From: Minisyncoccota bacterium
GTDB taxonomy: Bacteria; Patescibacteriota; JACMRA01
DNA: 64,000 bases
NCBI GenBank assembly: GCA_014376695.1
Contig: JACMRA010000003.1
Span: 7,881-71,880 of the forward strand
Direction: 5' to 3'
A program made the position numbers and the translations under genes. Below are positions 26,978-35,963 of this stretch, one piece after another (positions within the stretch are counted from its first letter, which is position 1; each line of letters begins with the position of its first letter). The notes under the pieces were generated by a model that was not told where the DNA came from, searched no databases, and saw only the letters and a program-made list of their open reading frames with translations.

Positions 26978-28366
26978 TTTTTTGAGAAGCTTACCAACAC
27001 TAGCCAGGCTGCCAAATTCAATTACTGGATTAAATTCGAAACCGAGATGTTTGGCGATATTTTTGCGTTGATCCAAATTAGTTGGCACTCGCAAATTACC
27101 GCTGAATGTCAATCTCCCAGCAAAAACTTGCTTGGGTTTCATTTGTTGGCTTCTGATAATTTCTTCAACCGAGAGATTAAGATAAGACGAAATAACTGCC
27201 AGCATAATTGGCAAATCTAGGTTGTCATCGGTAATTGACTTAGGCATACCCGTAACCTGAAGATAGACGTCCCGATTCTTTATATCTAAATTGAGATATT
27301 TTTCCATAATTGCCAAAATCGCGTTAAGCTTAGACGACTTAAATCCAATTGATTCCCTACGGCCAAAAGCCTGATTAATCGGGTTAGAAACTAGGACTTG
27401 TAACTCGACAATGAATGTCAAATTTTTGTCCATGCCGACTCCGTAGCAAATGCCGACCCCTTTTTCGATATTCTCAAGCAAAGCAAGGCTTGGATCTTGA
27501 ACGATAGCCAGCCCATCTTCTTGCATCTTGAGCAGGAGTAAATTGTCGGTGCTTCCAAATCGATGTTTAGTAAAGGTTAGCGTCCTGTATATTAAATTAT
27601 CAGATTTCTCTATAAGCAAAACCGAGTCCACCATATGCTCCAGAGTTTTTGGGCCGGCTATGGACCCATCTTTAGTAACATGCCCAATTATCAAAATACT
27701 AATTTCAAGCGATTTAGCGAGGATTAAAAGCCGGCTTGTAACCGAGGTGACTTGACTAACAGAACCTGGATTGGAGCTGACTCCACTGCTATAAATGGTT
27801 TGAATGGAGTCGATAATTGTCACGGCCGGCCTGAGTTCTAGAATTACCTTTTCGATTTGTTCGAGTTGATTCATCTGGGCAAAGTGAATTTCATCGCTGA
27901 CATTAAGTCTCCTTGAGCGTCGAGCTAGCTCGTTGATACTTTCTTCAGCCGAGATATAAAGTAGTCTAAAATTAGCAATTTGAGCCGAATTAGCTAGGTA
28001 TAACGAGCGGAGTAATTGCAATGCAAGAGTGGATTTGCCGAGACCGGGTTCGCCAGACAGGAGGGTTACCGCATCGCTTGGAATACCCCGATTCCAAAAA
28101 GTATTAAGATCCTGACTTGAGAATTTATAGATTGATTGATTGTTTTGGTCATTTTGACCGGTGTTCAAATCTTTGAGCTGAGTATACTGCTTATTATTAG
28201 ATACTGTTTCTAAAGGTGGCAGCCAAGCCAGATTTTTGTTTTTGGTATTATCTATGACATGCTCAACAAAACTATTCCAGGTGTTGCAGTTAGGGCATTT
28301 ACCCAGCCATTTACTAGAAATGTGGTTGCAATGACTACATTGGTATTGAGTTTTTTGAACTGGCAT
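26960..28366 (-). CDS. radA: DNA repair protein RadA/Sms
   Basis: C4 zinc finger, GEPGLGKST, IDSIQT, GHVTK.G.IAGPKTLEH.VD, KHRFG (KNRFG variant). Confidence 0.9.
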   Translation of the reverse strand: MPVQKTQYQCSHCNHISSKWLGKCPNCNTWNSFVEHVIDNTKNKNLAWLPPLETVSNNKQYTQLKDLNTGQNDQNNQSIYKFSSQDLNTFWNRGIPSDAVTLLSGEPGLGKSTLALQLLRSLYLANSAQIANFRLLYISAEESINELARRSRRLNVSDEIHFAQMNQLEQIEKVILELRPAVTIIDSIQTIYSSGVSSNPGSVSQVTSVTSRLLILAKSLEISILIIGHVTKDGSIAGPKTLEHMVDSVLLIEKSDNLIYRTLTFTKHRFGSTDNLLLLKMQEDGLAIVQDPSLALLENIEKGVGICYGVGMDKNLTFIVELQVLVSNPINQAFGRRESIGFKSSKLNAILAIMEKYLNLDIKNRDVYLQVTGMPKSITDDNLDLPIMLAVISSYLNLSVEEIIRSQQMKPKQVFAGRLTFSGNLRVPTNLDQRKNIAKHLGFEFNPVIEFGSLASVGKLLKKLAIDH

Positions 28367-28390
28367 CTAAAAGTTAATTTTTTTGCGCTG

Positions 28391-29050
28391 CTATTTGCAG
28401 CCCCATTGACTAGCTTGACCTATTCCAAACATATAGGAGGCTACTTGTACTTGCTGGCGAGCATCTAGAACATCAGCATTTTCAATACCAACTCGTTTGG
28501 CATTGGCGTAAAAAGTTGAGGCCAAAAATTGAAAAGGGCCTTTGTAGTAAGTATTTCTGTGGTTAGTTCCGCCGCTTTCGCAGAGCATCACCCGTATTAA
28601 TTGATCCGGATTACAGCTATATTTGGTACAGTTAGAGGTAATCAGGCTCTTGAGTTCTTGTACTGAGGGATCTCCGGCACTAGGCGTCTTAGTCTCTGGT
28701 TCGGACTCTTTTTTTGGATCTACTTTTGGTTCAATCTTTGGTTTGACTACTTCAATAGCTTTTACTACTTTTGGCAGTGGGATTTTTAGTTCGCTAAATT
28801 TGATTTTTTGAGATTCCAATAGATCTTTAGTTCGCTGATCATCTTCTGAGGTTTTCGGGTCAGGAATGTTAATTGTCTCAACTGATACTGAGTTTATTTG
28901 GCTAGTTTGTACTGGTTGAGATACAACTAAACGATTACTTTGACTAAAGATATGGATCTGCAGTGGCACACTAAATATCAGCATAAGAAGTCCAGTCAAG
29001 CTTACCCTTTGCAAAGTTTTGAATATTTTGTGTTGTTTTGTATTAATCAT
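28391..29050 (-). CDS. Exported lytic transglycosylase/lysozyme-like protein
   Basis: N-terminal TM; C-terminal CESGG...G.FQF..STF...W.C domain. Confidence 0.7.
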   Translation of the reverse strand: MINTKQHKIFKTLQRVSLTGLLMLIFSVPLQIHIFSQSNRLVVSQPVQTSQINSVSVETINIPDPKTSEDDQRTKDLLESQKIKFSELKIPLPKVVKAIEVVKPKIEPKVDPKKESEPETKTPSAGDPSVQELKSLITSNCTKYSCNPDQLIRVMLCESGGTNHRNTYYKGPFQFLASTFYANAKRVGIENADVLDARQQVQVASYMFGIGQASQWGCK

Positions 29051-29057
29051 ACAAGCA

Positions 29058-29603
29058 CTATTTACCTTTTGGTTTGAGTAAAGCTACGCAGCTGTCCCCC
29101 ATCAATTTAGGTTCGGCTTCGGTGCTATACTCCACTGTTAAGAGACCGAGGAATTTGGCCATCGTCTCAACTGCTACTTCTGGATGAGATTTTTCGCGTC
29201 GCTCCATTTTTACTTGAAGTCTAGTTTTCAGACCTTTACTCAAGAATTCGTCAGCTTTTTTGGCTTGGACTTTCAAGTCGTGAATGGCAATTCTAACCGA
29301 GACAAGTAGCGTTTTAATTTCGTCACCACCTTTGGCCCGGCTTTTTTCGGCTTTGTCCATTAGGTATTTGAATTTAGAGTATTCGATAAGCTTGGCTATC
29401 GGCGGTTCGGACTTTGGATTAATCAAAATTACGTCTTTTTCTTGCTCTTTGGCCATAACCAAAGCCTCTGACTTGGATACTATGCCGATCATTCCGTTTG
29501 CATCGTCGATCAAACGTATCGTATCAAACGGTATCCGTTCGTTGATAAAATAGGATTTTGATATAACCTTTGGTTTACCTTTTTTTCGGCGATAATTTGT
29601 CAT
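29058..29603 (-). CDS. infC: Translation initiation factor IF-3
   Basis: INERI...IRLID..G, PPIAKLIEYSKFKY, I..HD, FL..G.K. Confidence 0.9.
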   Translation of the reverse strand: MTNYRRKKGKPKVISKSYFINERIPFDTIRLIDDANGMIGIVSKSEALVMAKEQEKDVILINPKSEPPIAKLIEYSKFKYLMDKAEKSRAKGGDEIKTLLVSVRIAIHDLKVQAKKADEFLSKGLKTRLQVKMERREKSHPEVAVETMAKFLGLLTVEYSTEAEPKLMGDSCVALLKPKGK

Positions 29604-29604
29604 T

Positions 29605-29820
29605 TTAGATTCGCTTAGCTAATTTAGTCCCCGAGATTTGAGCTTCTAAGTATTTAGCCTTTCGCACAGCTTTTCGGTGCTGTTGGAGTTTTGAAATTGG
29701 TTTTATATAGTTGGCCGTCTTTCTTTTTCTGGCTACTAGATTGGATTTCTTAACTCTTTTAATAAAAAGTGAAACTAATTTTTGAGTTGTTATCTCACTG
29801 TTTTTTTTAATAAAAATCAT
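29605..29820 (-). CDS. rpsU: 30S ribosomal protein S21-like
   Basis: 71 aa, basic; KK..E....L...F.KRV......RK...Y.KP. Confidence 0.7.
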   Translation of the reverse strand: MIFIKKNSEITTQKLVSLFIKRVKKSNLVARKRKTANYIKPISKLQQHRKAVRKAKYLEAQISGTKLAKRI

Positions 29821-30007
29821 AAATTTCGTGGTATGAGCAAATAATTATATTTGGACTTAGTTAATAGTAGCAATTATAATCAAAAATTTTGTAGCTTGTC
29901 AACCTACTTTGGACTGTAACTCAAAAATATTAACTTGAATATTTTCATAAAATTTGTTATATTAAGTTATTAATCGACTTGATGCTAATTGAGAAAAGAT
30001 TTTCTAT

Positions 30008-30988
30008 ATGAAATTATACCGCCAGTTAAACAATTTTCTTCATACTATTCCAAATAAAATCAAAATTTTGGTCATTCCTTTTATGATTTTTGGCTTGTTT
30101 TTTACTAGTTCAAATTGGTATGAATTGTTTGTAAATGGGGCTAAATTAGATAATCCTAGCCAAACTGTAACACCCACGCCCCCAAAGCCCAAGCCTCAAC
30201 CGGTTATCAAAGACCTAAGCCAAAATCTAATCCCCAGAGATATCAACGGGGAATCGATTACGAAGCTTGTATCTAAACTAAATAATAACTTTAATATGGG
30301 TTTTATATCAAGTAAAAATTTAACAGAATTAAATATTAAATACCCGATTAGTCTAAATAATGAAAAGCAAATTCTAGTTCCAAAAGACGAAACTAAAGCA
30401 TATAAATCGCTCGACTCAATCTATCCAGCACCGACAAAATGCGAGCAAAAAAACAATATTATATTCGAATCGCAAAAGATTTTTGACGCACCAATTCAAT
30501 ATCTAAATTATGGCGATATGTTTTTTACAAATCCAGATGGTACCTACGACTTTAATCGCTTACCTGAATATAAAAACCATCCATATTACGGCGATATTGA
30601 CAGTCCTACTCAAAAAAAATTAGAACTCGGGGTTATTCATATGACTCCTATAAGCCCACTGGCTGGCGAACAGGGGAATAGTTATTTTGCTGGGCATTCT
30701 AGTAATTGGCCACATATAAAAAGTGCTTACAACGAGGTATTTAAACCTTTGCTGGGTGACGTGCCAAATGACCAAATATTTACCATTTGGGATCATAAGT
30801 GTCGGAAATTAAATTTTAGGGTTTTTGAGTCAAAAATTATCGAATCTGAAGATGTTGCTGAGGCCTATAAAAGCTTCGGGGCAGAGAGGAGGATTGCCAC
30901 CTTGCAAACTTCGGTTGTGAGTTACAGGCCCGTTGGTGGATGGCAAGTTTATCAGCGCAAATTAATTAGAGGTGAATTGGTACTCTAA
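30008..30988 (+). CDS. Sortase-family protein with Ser at the catalytic Cys position
   Basis: N-terminal TM; LELGVIH, G.QGNSYFAGHSS (His), TLQTS (canonical TLxTC), downstream Arg in QRKLIRGEL. Confidence 0.8.
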   Translation: MKLYRQLNNFLHTIPNKIKILVIPFMIFGLFFTSSNWYELFVNGAKLDNPSQTVTPTPPKPKPQPVIKDLSQNLIPRDINGESITKLVSKLNNNFNMGFISSKNLTELNIKYPISLNNEKQILVPKDETKAYKSLDSIYPAPTKCEQKNNIIFESQKIFDAPIQYLNYGDMFFTNPDGTYDFNRLPEYKNHPYYGDIDSPTQKKLELGVIHMTPISPLAGEQGNSYFAGHSSNWPHIKSAYNEVFKPLLGDVPNDQIFTIWDHKCRKLNFRVFESKIIESEDVAEAYKSFGAERRIATLQTSVVSYRPVGGWQVYQRKLIRGELVL

Positions 30989-32089
30989 AAAGTTTATCAG
31001 GGCCTCCTCATCGGATTTTATATTTGCTTGCTTAATTTTGCTTTTGTATTCTTCCAAGATATTTGGATTAGTAATAATTCTTGTCAGTAAGCCCAGAAGC
31101 TTATCAAAATCCGGTTCAAAAATCCCAAAACCGTTGTTAAGAACGAAGTCGACATTGCCTTTTTCTTGGGGCTTGATGTAATCATAAATTATGACAGGCT
31201 TAATTTGGCTCAAACTTTCAAATATAACCGCTGGGCCGCCTTTGGTTACAATTACATCACAATTTGAAATTAGGTCTGGAATTGCGTCTGTAAAGGCCCA
31301 AATATTAAGTATATGATTGCTGGTTGAATGTGTATTTTTTATTTCGAGGCATTGTTTGTATAGATTTTGATTTCTACCGCAGACCAGATTGATTATTGTT
31401 TTTTCTTTTAGTTCCAAGATTTTGCTTAGTAATTGAGCTCCCTTGGGAAGCGACGAACCTCCACCAAGGATTAATATTGAAAAGGGCTGATTATTGTTAT
31501 TGACTTTTGGTTGGATAATTGTATTGAAAAGGCTGTTGAAAAAATACCCGAATTTGATTATGGTTGATTTGATTTTGTAATTCTGAGTTACAGCTTTGGC
31601 GATGGCAAAGGCTTGATCGGAAAATATAATATACTGGCCCGGAAAAGTGAACCAGATTTTTGGAACTTGAAATATCTCGCTTACAATAGTGTAATTCGGG
31701 ATTTTTAGCTGATTACTGATCAAGATATTCTGTGAAAGCTTTTGCCCAAAGAAATATGTTGATAAAATCATATCAGGATTATTTTCTAGGATCATTTTTT
31801 TGATATGATTTTGGCATAGCAATTTGAAAATCCAATATGTACATAAGTTGAACCAGTGAAAATTCCACATTTTGTTAATTGAAATCCACAGCCACGGTAA
31901 GTTTTCTGTAAGTATTACGTAACCTGTATCAAATTGCTTTTGCGCCCATTTCGGCGAGCTGGCCAGCATATCAACCAAAATAACTTTGTGACCGAATTTT
32001 TCTAACTTTACTTTTATTGATTTTGCGGCCGATTCGTGGCCTCCACCGGCTTTTACGAAAAGAATGAGGATGGTTTTTTGCTTTGACAT
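30962..32089 (-). CDS. MGDG synthase/UgtP-like glycosyltransferase (GT28)
   Basis: AGGGHESAA, GGGS, VCGRN, TKGG...ES, QEKGN. Confidence 0.85.
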   Translation of the reverse strand: MSKQKTILILFVKAGGGHESAAKSIKVKLEKFGHKVILVDMLASSPKWAQKQFDTGYVILTENLPWLWISINKMWNFHWFNLCTYWIFKLLCQNHIKKMILENNPDMILSTYFFGQKLSQNILISNQLKIPNYTIVSEIFQVPKIWFTFPGQYIIFSDQAFAIAKAVTQNYKIKSTIIKFGYFFNSLFNTIIQPKVNNNNQPFSILILGGGSSLPKGAQLLSKILELKEKTIINLVCGRNQNLYKQCLEIKNTHSTSNHILNIWAFTDAIPDLISNCDVIVTKGGPAVIFESLSQIKPVIIYDYIKPQEKGNVDFVLNNGFGIFEPDFDKLLGLLTRIITNPNILEEYKSKIKQANIKSDEEALINFLEYQFTSN

Positions 32090-32120
32090 ATCCAGTTTAT
32101 TGAATTATTTTTGGGTGTAT

Positions 32121-32594
32121 ATGTCTAAATTATTAATTCAAGATCTCTACAAAGTCAATGAGCCCGGTGTTCAAGAGCAAAGATTTGGGGCCAATACGTT
32201 CGAATTGTTTAATTGGAGTTCTTTGGACTTAACAAGTCTTATTGTTAATATCTCAATTTTTGTTTTTTTATGGAACATTTTTGTGAGTTTTTTTTATATT
32301 TCTGATTTTTTTTATTGCTATAGAATTGCTGGGGACGACGATTTTGAAGTGGAGAAAACGGGGGTAGATCGACTGTATGGTGCGATAAAGATTTGGTTAT
32401 CCACTTTACCCTCTATTCTTTCGATTATTGGCGGATTGTTTTTGAGTCAGAGCCGATTGGCTTTGTTTGGGCTGGCTTTGTTTTTTTATATTTTAAAAAT
32501 TGTATATGATTTAAGGTCATTTGCTAAGATTAGTGTTTATTTTAGTTGGTATACTGATATTTTTGTTAATTTGAGGAAATTACGGTTGAAGTAG
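32121..32594 (+). CDS. Hypothetical membrane protein
   Basis: About 157 aa with three hydrophobic segments. Confidence 0.6.
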   Translation: MSKLLIQDLYKVNEPGVQEQRFGANTFELFNWSSLDLTSLIVNISIFVFLWNIFVSFFYISDFFYCYRIAGDDDFEVEKTGVDRLYGAIKIWLSTLPSILSIIGGLFLSQSRLALFGLALFFYILKIVYDLRSFAKISVYFSWYTDIFVNLRKLRLK

Positions 32595-32609
32595 TTTAGT
32601 AATTATTTT

Positions 32610-32930
32610 TACCCCCTATATATCTTCTTTCTATATATAACTTTATAATAATAATAAGGGATCAATAATTGTACATAACTTGTAGATAACCCTTAATTAA
32701 GCCGGCTAGTTTAATGTATTTAGGCTTGATAAAGTTATGAACACCCTGTAAATAACTTATTTACAGATTTTTGGAATGTAGATAAGTGGGGATCTTATGT
32801 ACAAGTTGTGTACAAGTTATGAACACCCTGTAAATAACTATTGAAATGGATATTAATACTGACCGATATTGACTTAAATTTGAGTTATGTACAATTTATG
32901 TACAATTTCAAAATTGTAGACTATTTACAA
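32610..32930. other. Probable replication origin oriC
   Basis: About 13 DnaA-box-like 9-mers (consensus TTATNTACA), several at 11-bp spacing; (TAA)4 trio-like run at 32646-32657; AT-rich flank; non-coding. Confidence 0.75.
32732..32839 (+). repeat. Perfect 26-bp direct repeat AAGTTATGAACACCCTGTAAATAACT (32732-32757 and 32814-32839)
   Basis: Read directly; each copy holds two oppositely oriented DnaA-box-like 9-mers. Confidence 0.9.
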
Positions 32931-32961
32931 ATTCAAAAAAATATTAATATAATTGCATCAT

Positions 32962-33507
32962 ATGTCTCAATATAAACTACTTAACAAAGAAGATTACATT
33001 ACAATTCTTGTAAATAAGTTATCTGCACTCCGAACCAATAGAGTTACCCCGTCTATTTTGGATAATATCGCTGTGTACATACCGAGTTGGGGTGCTACTT
33101 TCAAAATTGTCGAGCTGGCCACGATTAATATCCCTATGCCAAACACCCTGTTAATAACTCCTTATGACAGCAAAGTCTCATCAAGCGCTATAGAAAAAGC
33201 TATAAGGGAGAGTAATTTGGGAGTAAATCCTGTTAATGACGGTATTGGGATTAAGCTAAACTTTCCTAGTTTAACAACTGAAGACCGGGAAAAGCGGTGC
33301 AAAGTGGCCAAAGAATTAGGCGAAGAAATCAAAGTAAAGCTTCGCAACAATCGCCGCGATATGATTCAAATTACAAAAAGTAACAAAGACATGATAAAAG
33401 ACGATGTTGAGCGCTACGAAAAGAGCTTGCAAATCGAGGTGGATAATATGAATAAAGAAATTGATGAGACGGTCAAACTAAAACAAGTTGAATTAATGGC
33501 CATGTAA
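32962..33507 (+). CDS. frr: Ribosome recycling factor
   Basis: LRTNR.TPSILD, ELATI, AIEKAI..SNLG.NP.NDG, P.LT.E.R, RNNRRD. Confidence 0.9.
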   Translation: MSQYKLLNKEDYITILVNKLSALRTNRVTPSILDNIAVYIPSWGATFKIVELATINIPMPNTLLITPYDSKVSSSAIEKAIRESNLGVNPVNDGIGIKLNFPSLTTEDREKRCKVAKELGEEIKVKLRNNRRDMIQITKSNKDMIKDDVERYEKSLQIEVDNMNKEIDETVKLKQVELMAM

Positions 33508-33534
33508 GTCAATTATTTTTACTTAATTAAGCAT

Positions 33535-35055
33535 ATGACTCCAAATTCAGTCTTAAAAGTTATTAACAATTTATTTACTAATAAGCGCCTTGGATATTTT
33601 TTGCTAGGGGTGGGTTTGTATATAATTATCAGATTTCCGGTTTGGTTTTATCCTGTAGACTCAGATCATTGGATATTTCAGGCCATTGGCCAGCATTGGA
33701 TAAACGGAAAAGGTCTTTTATATATAGATTTTTGGGATCATAAGCCACCTATGATTTTTTTGATTAATGGGATTATATCCCTGTTTACAGGGTCTGACTT
33801 ATTTTTATTTAGGGTCGTCCTGACTGTTTTGAACATTGTTGAAATATACCTTTTTTATATTTTACTCAGGAAACTCAAACGGTTCGGAGAGTACCCGCTG
33901 TTTTTGACCGCGATTTACGCATTGGTCAGAAACTTTAGTCAGATTGCATCCTCTGGCAATAATACCGAAAATTTTGGAGTAATTTTGATTTTGATAAGTT
34001 ATATACAATTTGTTAGTTTTTTGGAGCAGTCAAAAGCGCGGTTTTTGTTGTTAATTGGAATTTGTTTTGGTTTAATATTCTGGCTCAAAGCAAATATGAT
34101 TTTGTTATTTTTACCAATGTTAGGTCTGATTATCTGGCGGTTATTTGTAATATATAAGGCATCAAAAAGCCCAGGGAAAAGTTTAAAGTTATTTATAATT
34201 TTATTCGCTCCTTTGATTTTAATTTCTTTGGTAATTATAGGGTATTTTGGTAGTTTTGGATATTTGCAGGCGCTCTGGATTGGATCATTTGGTTACAGCG
34301 CCAAATATGTACAAGTTAGTTTTCGCGGGGCTTTATCCGATACTAAGGTATTTCTGGCTATACTATCCCCATTGTTAGCAATTTTGATTATGCCAATTTT
34401 TGGTTGGTATCAAAAAATCAAAGCTAAGCAATTAACGTCTCTTGAGATATTTATTGTGGGTAGTAGTTTGATAAGTATGGTATATTTGGGTATATCGGGG
34501 ACTTATTATCCATATTACCTACTTATTTGCTTACCTATTTTGCTGATATGGGTTGCAATTGGACACTTAAACCTTTCGGGTGTGCTCAAAAAATTATCCA
34601 CGGCTGTAATTTGTTTGGGGTTGTTAATAAGCTTTGGAATTAGTTACAAACAGCCACTCAATTACTTTACAGGTAGTGTCTCGAGGCAGCAAGCAGAATA
34701 CTATAAAATCGCCGATTATATCAAATCAAAGACCAATAAAGACGATCTGATATTTACCTATATTTACGGAGCCAGTCTATATGGCTTATCTGAGAGACTG
34801 CCGGCAACTAAATATATGTCAGCTAGTTTTATGTTGCTTGATTACCGGGAAAAATTAGGTTTCGGGATTAATACTACCGTTTTGAGCGATCTCAAGCGTA
34901 CTCAACCAAAATTGATTGTAATGTACAAAGATAAAAACCCAAAAACCAGCCTATATGCCACTAACTATCCTATTCAAGAGTTTTTATTAAGCGACTATAA
35001 TACCATTGCAAAAGAATTTGAAACACTGGAAATCAGGACACGGACAGTCAGATAA
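33535..35055 (+). CDS. GT-C fold (ArnT/PMT-like) membrane glycosyltransferase
   Basis: Many TMs; LY.DFWDHKPP and NTENF motifs. Confidence 0.8.
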   Translation: MTPNSVLKVINNLFTNKRLGYFLLGVGLYIIIRFPVWFYPVDSDHWIFQAIGQHWINGKGLLYIDFWDHKPPMIFLINGIISLFTGSDLFLFRVVLTVLNIVEIYLFYILLRKLKRFGEYPLFLTAIYALVRNFSQIASSGNNTENFGVILILISYIQFVSFLEQSKARFLLLIGICFGLIFWLKANMILLFLPMLGLIIWRLFVIYKASKSPGKSLKLFIILFAPLILISLVIIGYFGSFGYLQALWIGSFGYSAKYVQVSFRGALSDTKVFLAILSPLLAILIMPIFGWYQKIKAKQLTSLEIFIVGSSLISMVYLGISGTYYPYYLLICLPILLIWVAIGHLNLSGVLKKLSTAVICLGLLISFGISYKQPLNYFTGSVSRQQAEYYKIADYIKSKTNKDDLIFTYIYGASLYGLSERLPATKYMSASFMLLDYREKLGFGINTTVLSDLKRTQPKLIVMYKDKNPKTSLYATNYPIQEFLLSDYNTIAKEFETLEIRTRTVR

Positions 35056-35134
35056 AACAAATCTTGACTTTGTCTATTTCTTTGTGCATATTTCTACTAT
35101 ATCCAGCTTTGGAACCTTTTAATATCCTATCATT

Positions 35135-35953
35135 ATGACTAATATAGAACCTACAACAGACAATGTCGAAATAGATTACACTCAATCGACCGGCCCAAAA
35201 TCAGATCCGTCAACTTATGACGCGTCTCATATTACCGTATTAGAGGGTCTAGAAGCGGTTCGAAAGAGACCGGGAATGTATATAGGCAATACGGGTAAAG
35301 ACGGTCTGCACAGATGTCTGGGCGAAATTTTGGACAATTCGGTTGATGAGTCAATGGAGGGTCATGCGGACAAAATCAAAGTATTTATTAGCAACAAAGA
35401 TAACTGTGTTGTAGTCTCAGATAATGGTCGAGGTATCCCGACCGGAATACATCCTAAGACCGGTAAATCATCGCTCGAAACCATTATGACTGTACTTCAC
35501 GCCGGCGGTAAATTTGATCAAGAGAATTATCAATTTGCTGGAGGTTTGCATGGGGTCGGAGCGTCGGTGGTCAACGCTTTGTCTGCCAAAATGCATGTCT
35601 GGGTGCTTAAGAACGGGCAGATTAGTCATTTAAGCTTTGCAAAGGGCAAGACAATAGGGGACTTAGAAACCGATACTCGAGAAAATATGCTCAAAAAGTT
35701 TCCTATCCTTGAAAACAAAACTGTTTGGACAAAAACTGGTACTGTAACTGCTTATTACCCTGACAAAGAAATCTTTGAGACTGTGGAATATGACATCAAA
35801 GAGGTTTCACAAAGCCTTAAGCAGACAGCATATCTCAATCCGGGGCTTAATATCCAATTCGAATACACAGGGACAACCCGTGTCAAAAAAAATATTCTCG
35901 AAGAGGCGGTGACTGAAATTTCTAATACGGATATATTGGGAATATTGAATTAA
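35135..35953 (+). CDS. gyrB: Type IIA topoisomerase B subunit (GyrB/ParE), GHKL ATPase domain only
   Basis: VLEGLEAVRKRPGMYIG, EILDNSVDE, DNGRGIP, HAGGKF, GGLHGVGASVVNALS; homology ends at AYLNPGLNIQF, then a short tail and TAA; gyrB versus parE not resolved. Confidence 0.85.
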   Translation: MTNIEPTTDNVEIDYTQSTGPKSDPSTYDASHITVLEGLEAVRKRPGMYIGNTGKDGLHRCLGEILDNSVDESMEGHADKIKVFISNKDNCVVVSDNGRGIPTGIHPKTGKSSLETIMTVLHAGGKFDQENYQFAGGLHGVGASVVNALSAKMHVWVLKNGQISHLSFAKGKTIGDLETDTRENMLKKFPILENKTVWTKTGTVTAYYPDKEIFETVEYDIKEVSQSLKQTAYLNPGLNIQFEYTGTTRVKKNILEEAVTEISNTDILGILN

Positions 35954-35963
35954 CGTTTGGCGT

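Noticed and set aside
32670-32930. Repeat cluster as a CRISPR array
   Set aside because: Only two copies of the 26-mer, the rest are 9-mers in both orientations, no regular spacers and no cas genes; fits DnaA boxes better
35860-35953. GyrB tail EYTGTTRV looks like intein block A (C.TGDT.V), hinting at a split intein
   Set aside because: No Cys or Ser nucleophile at position 1, the tail is only about 28 aa, and the other three fragments have no intein-like tails
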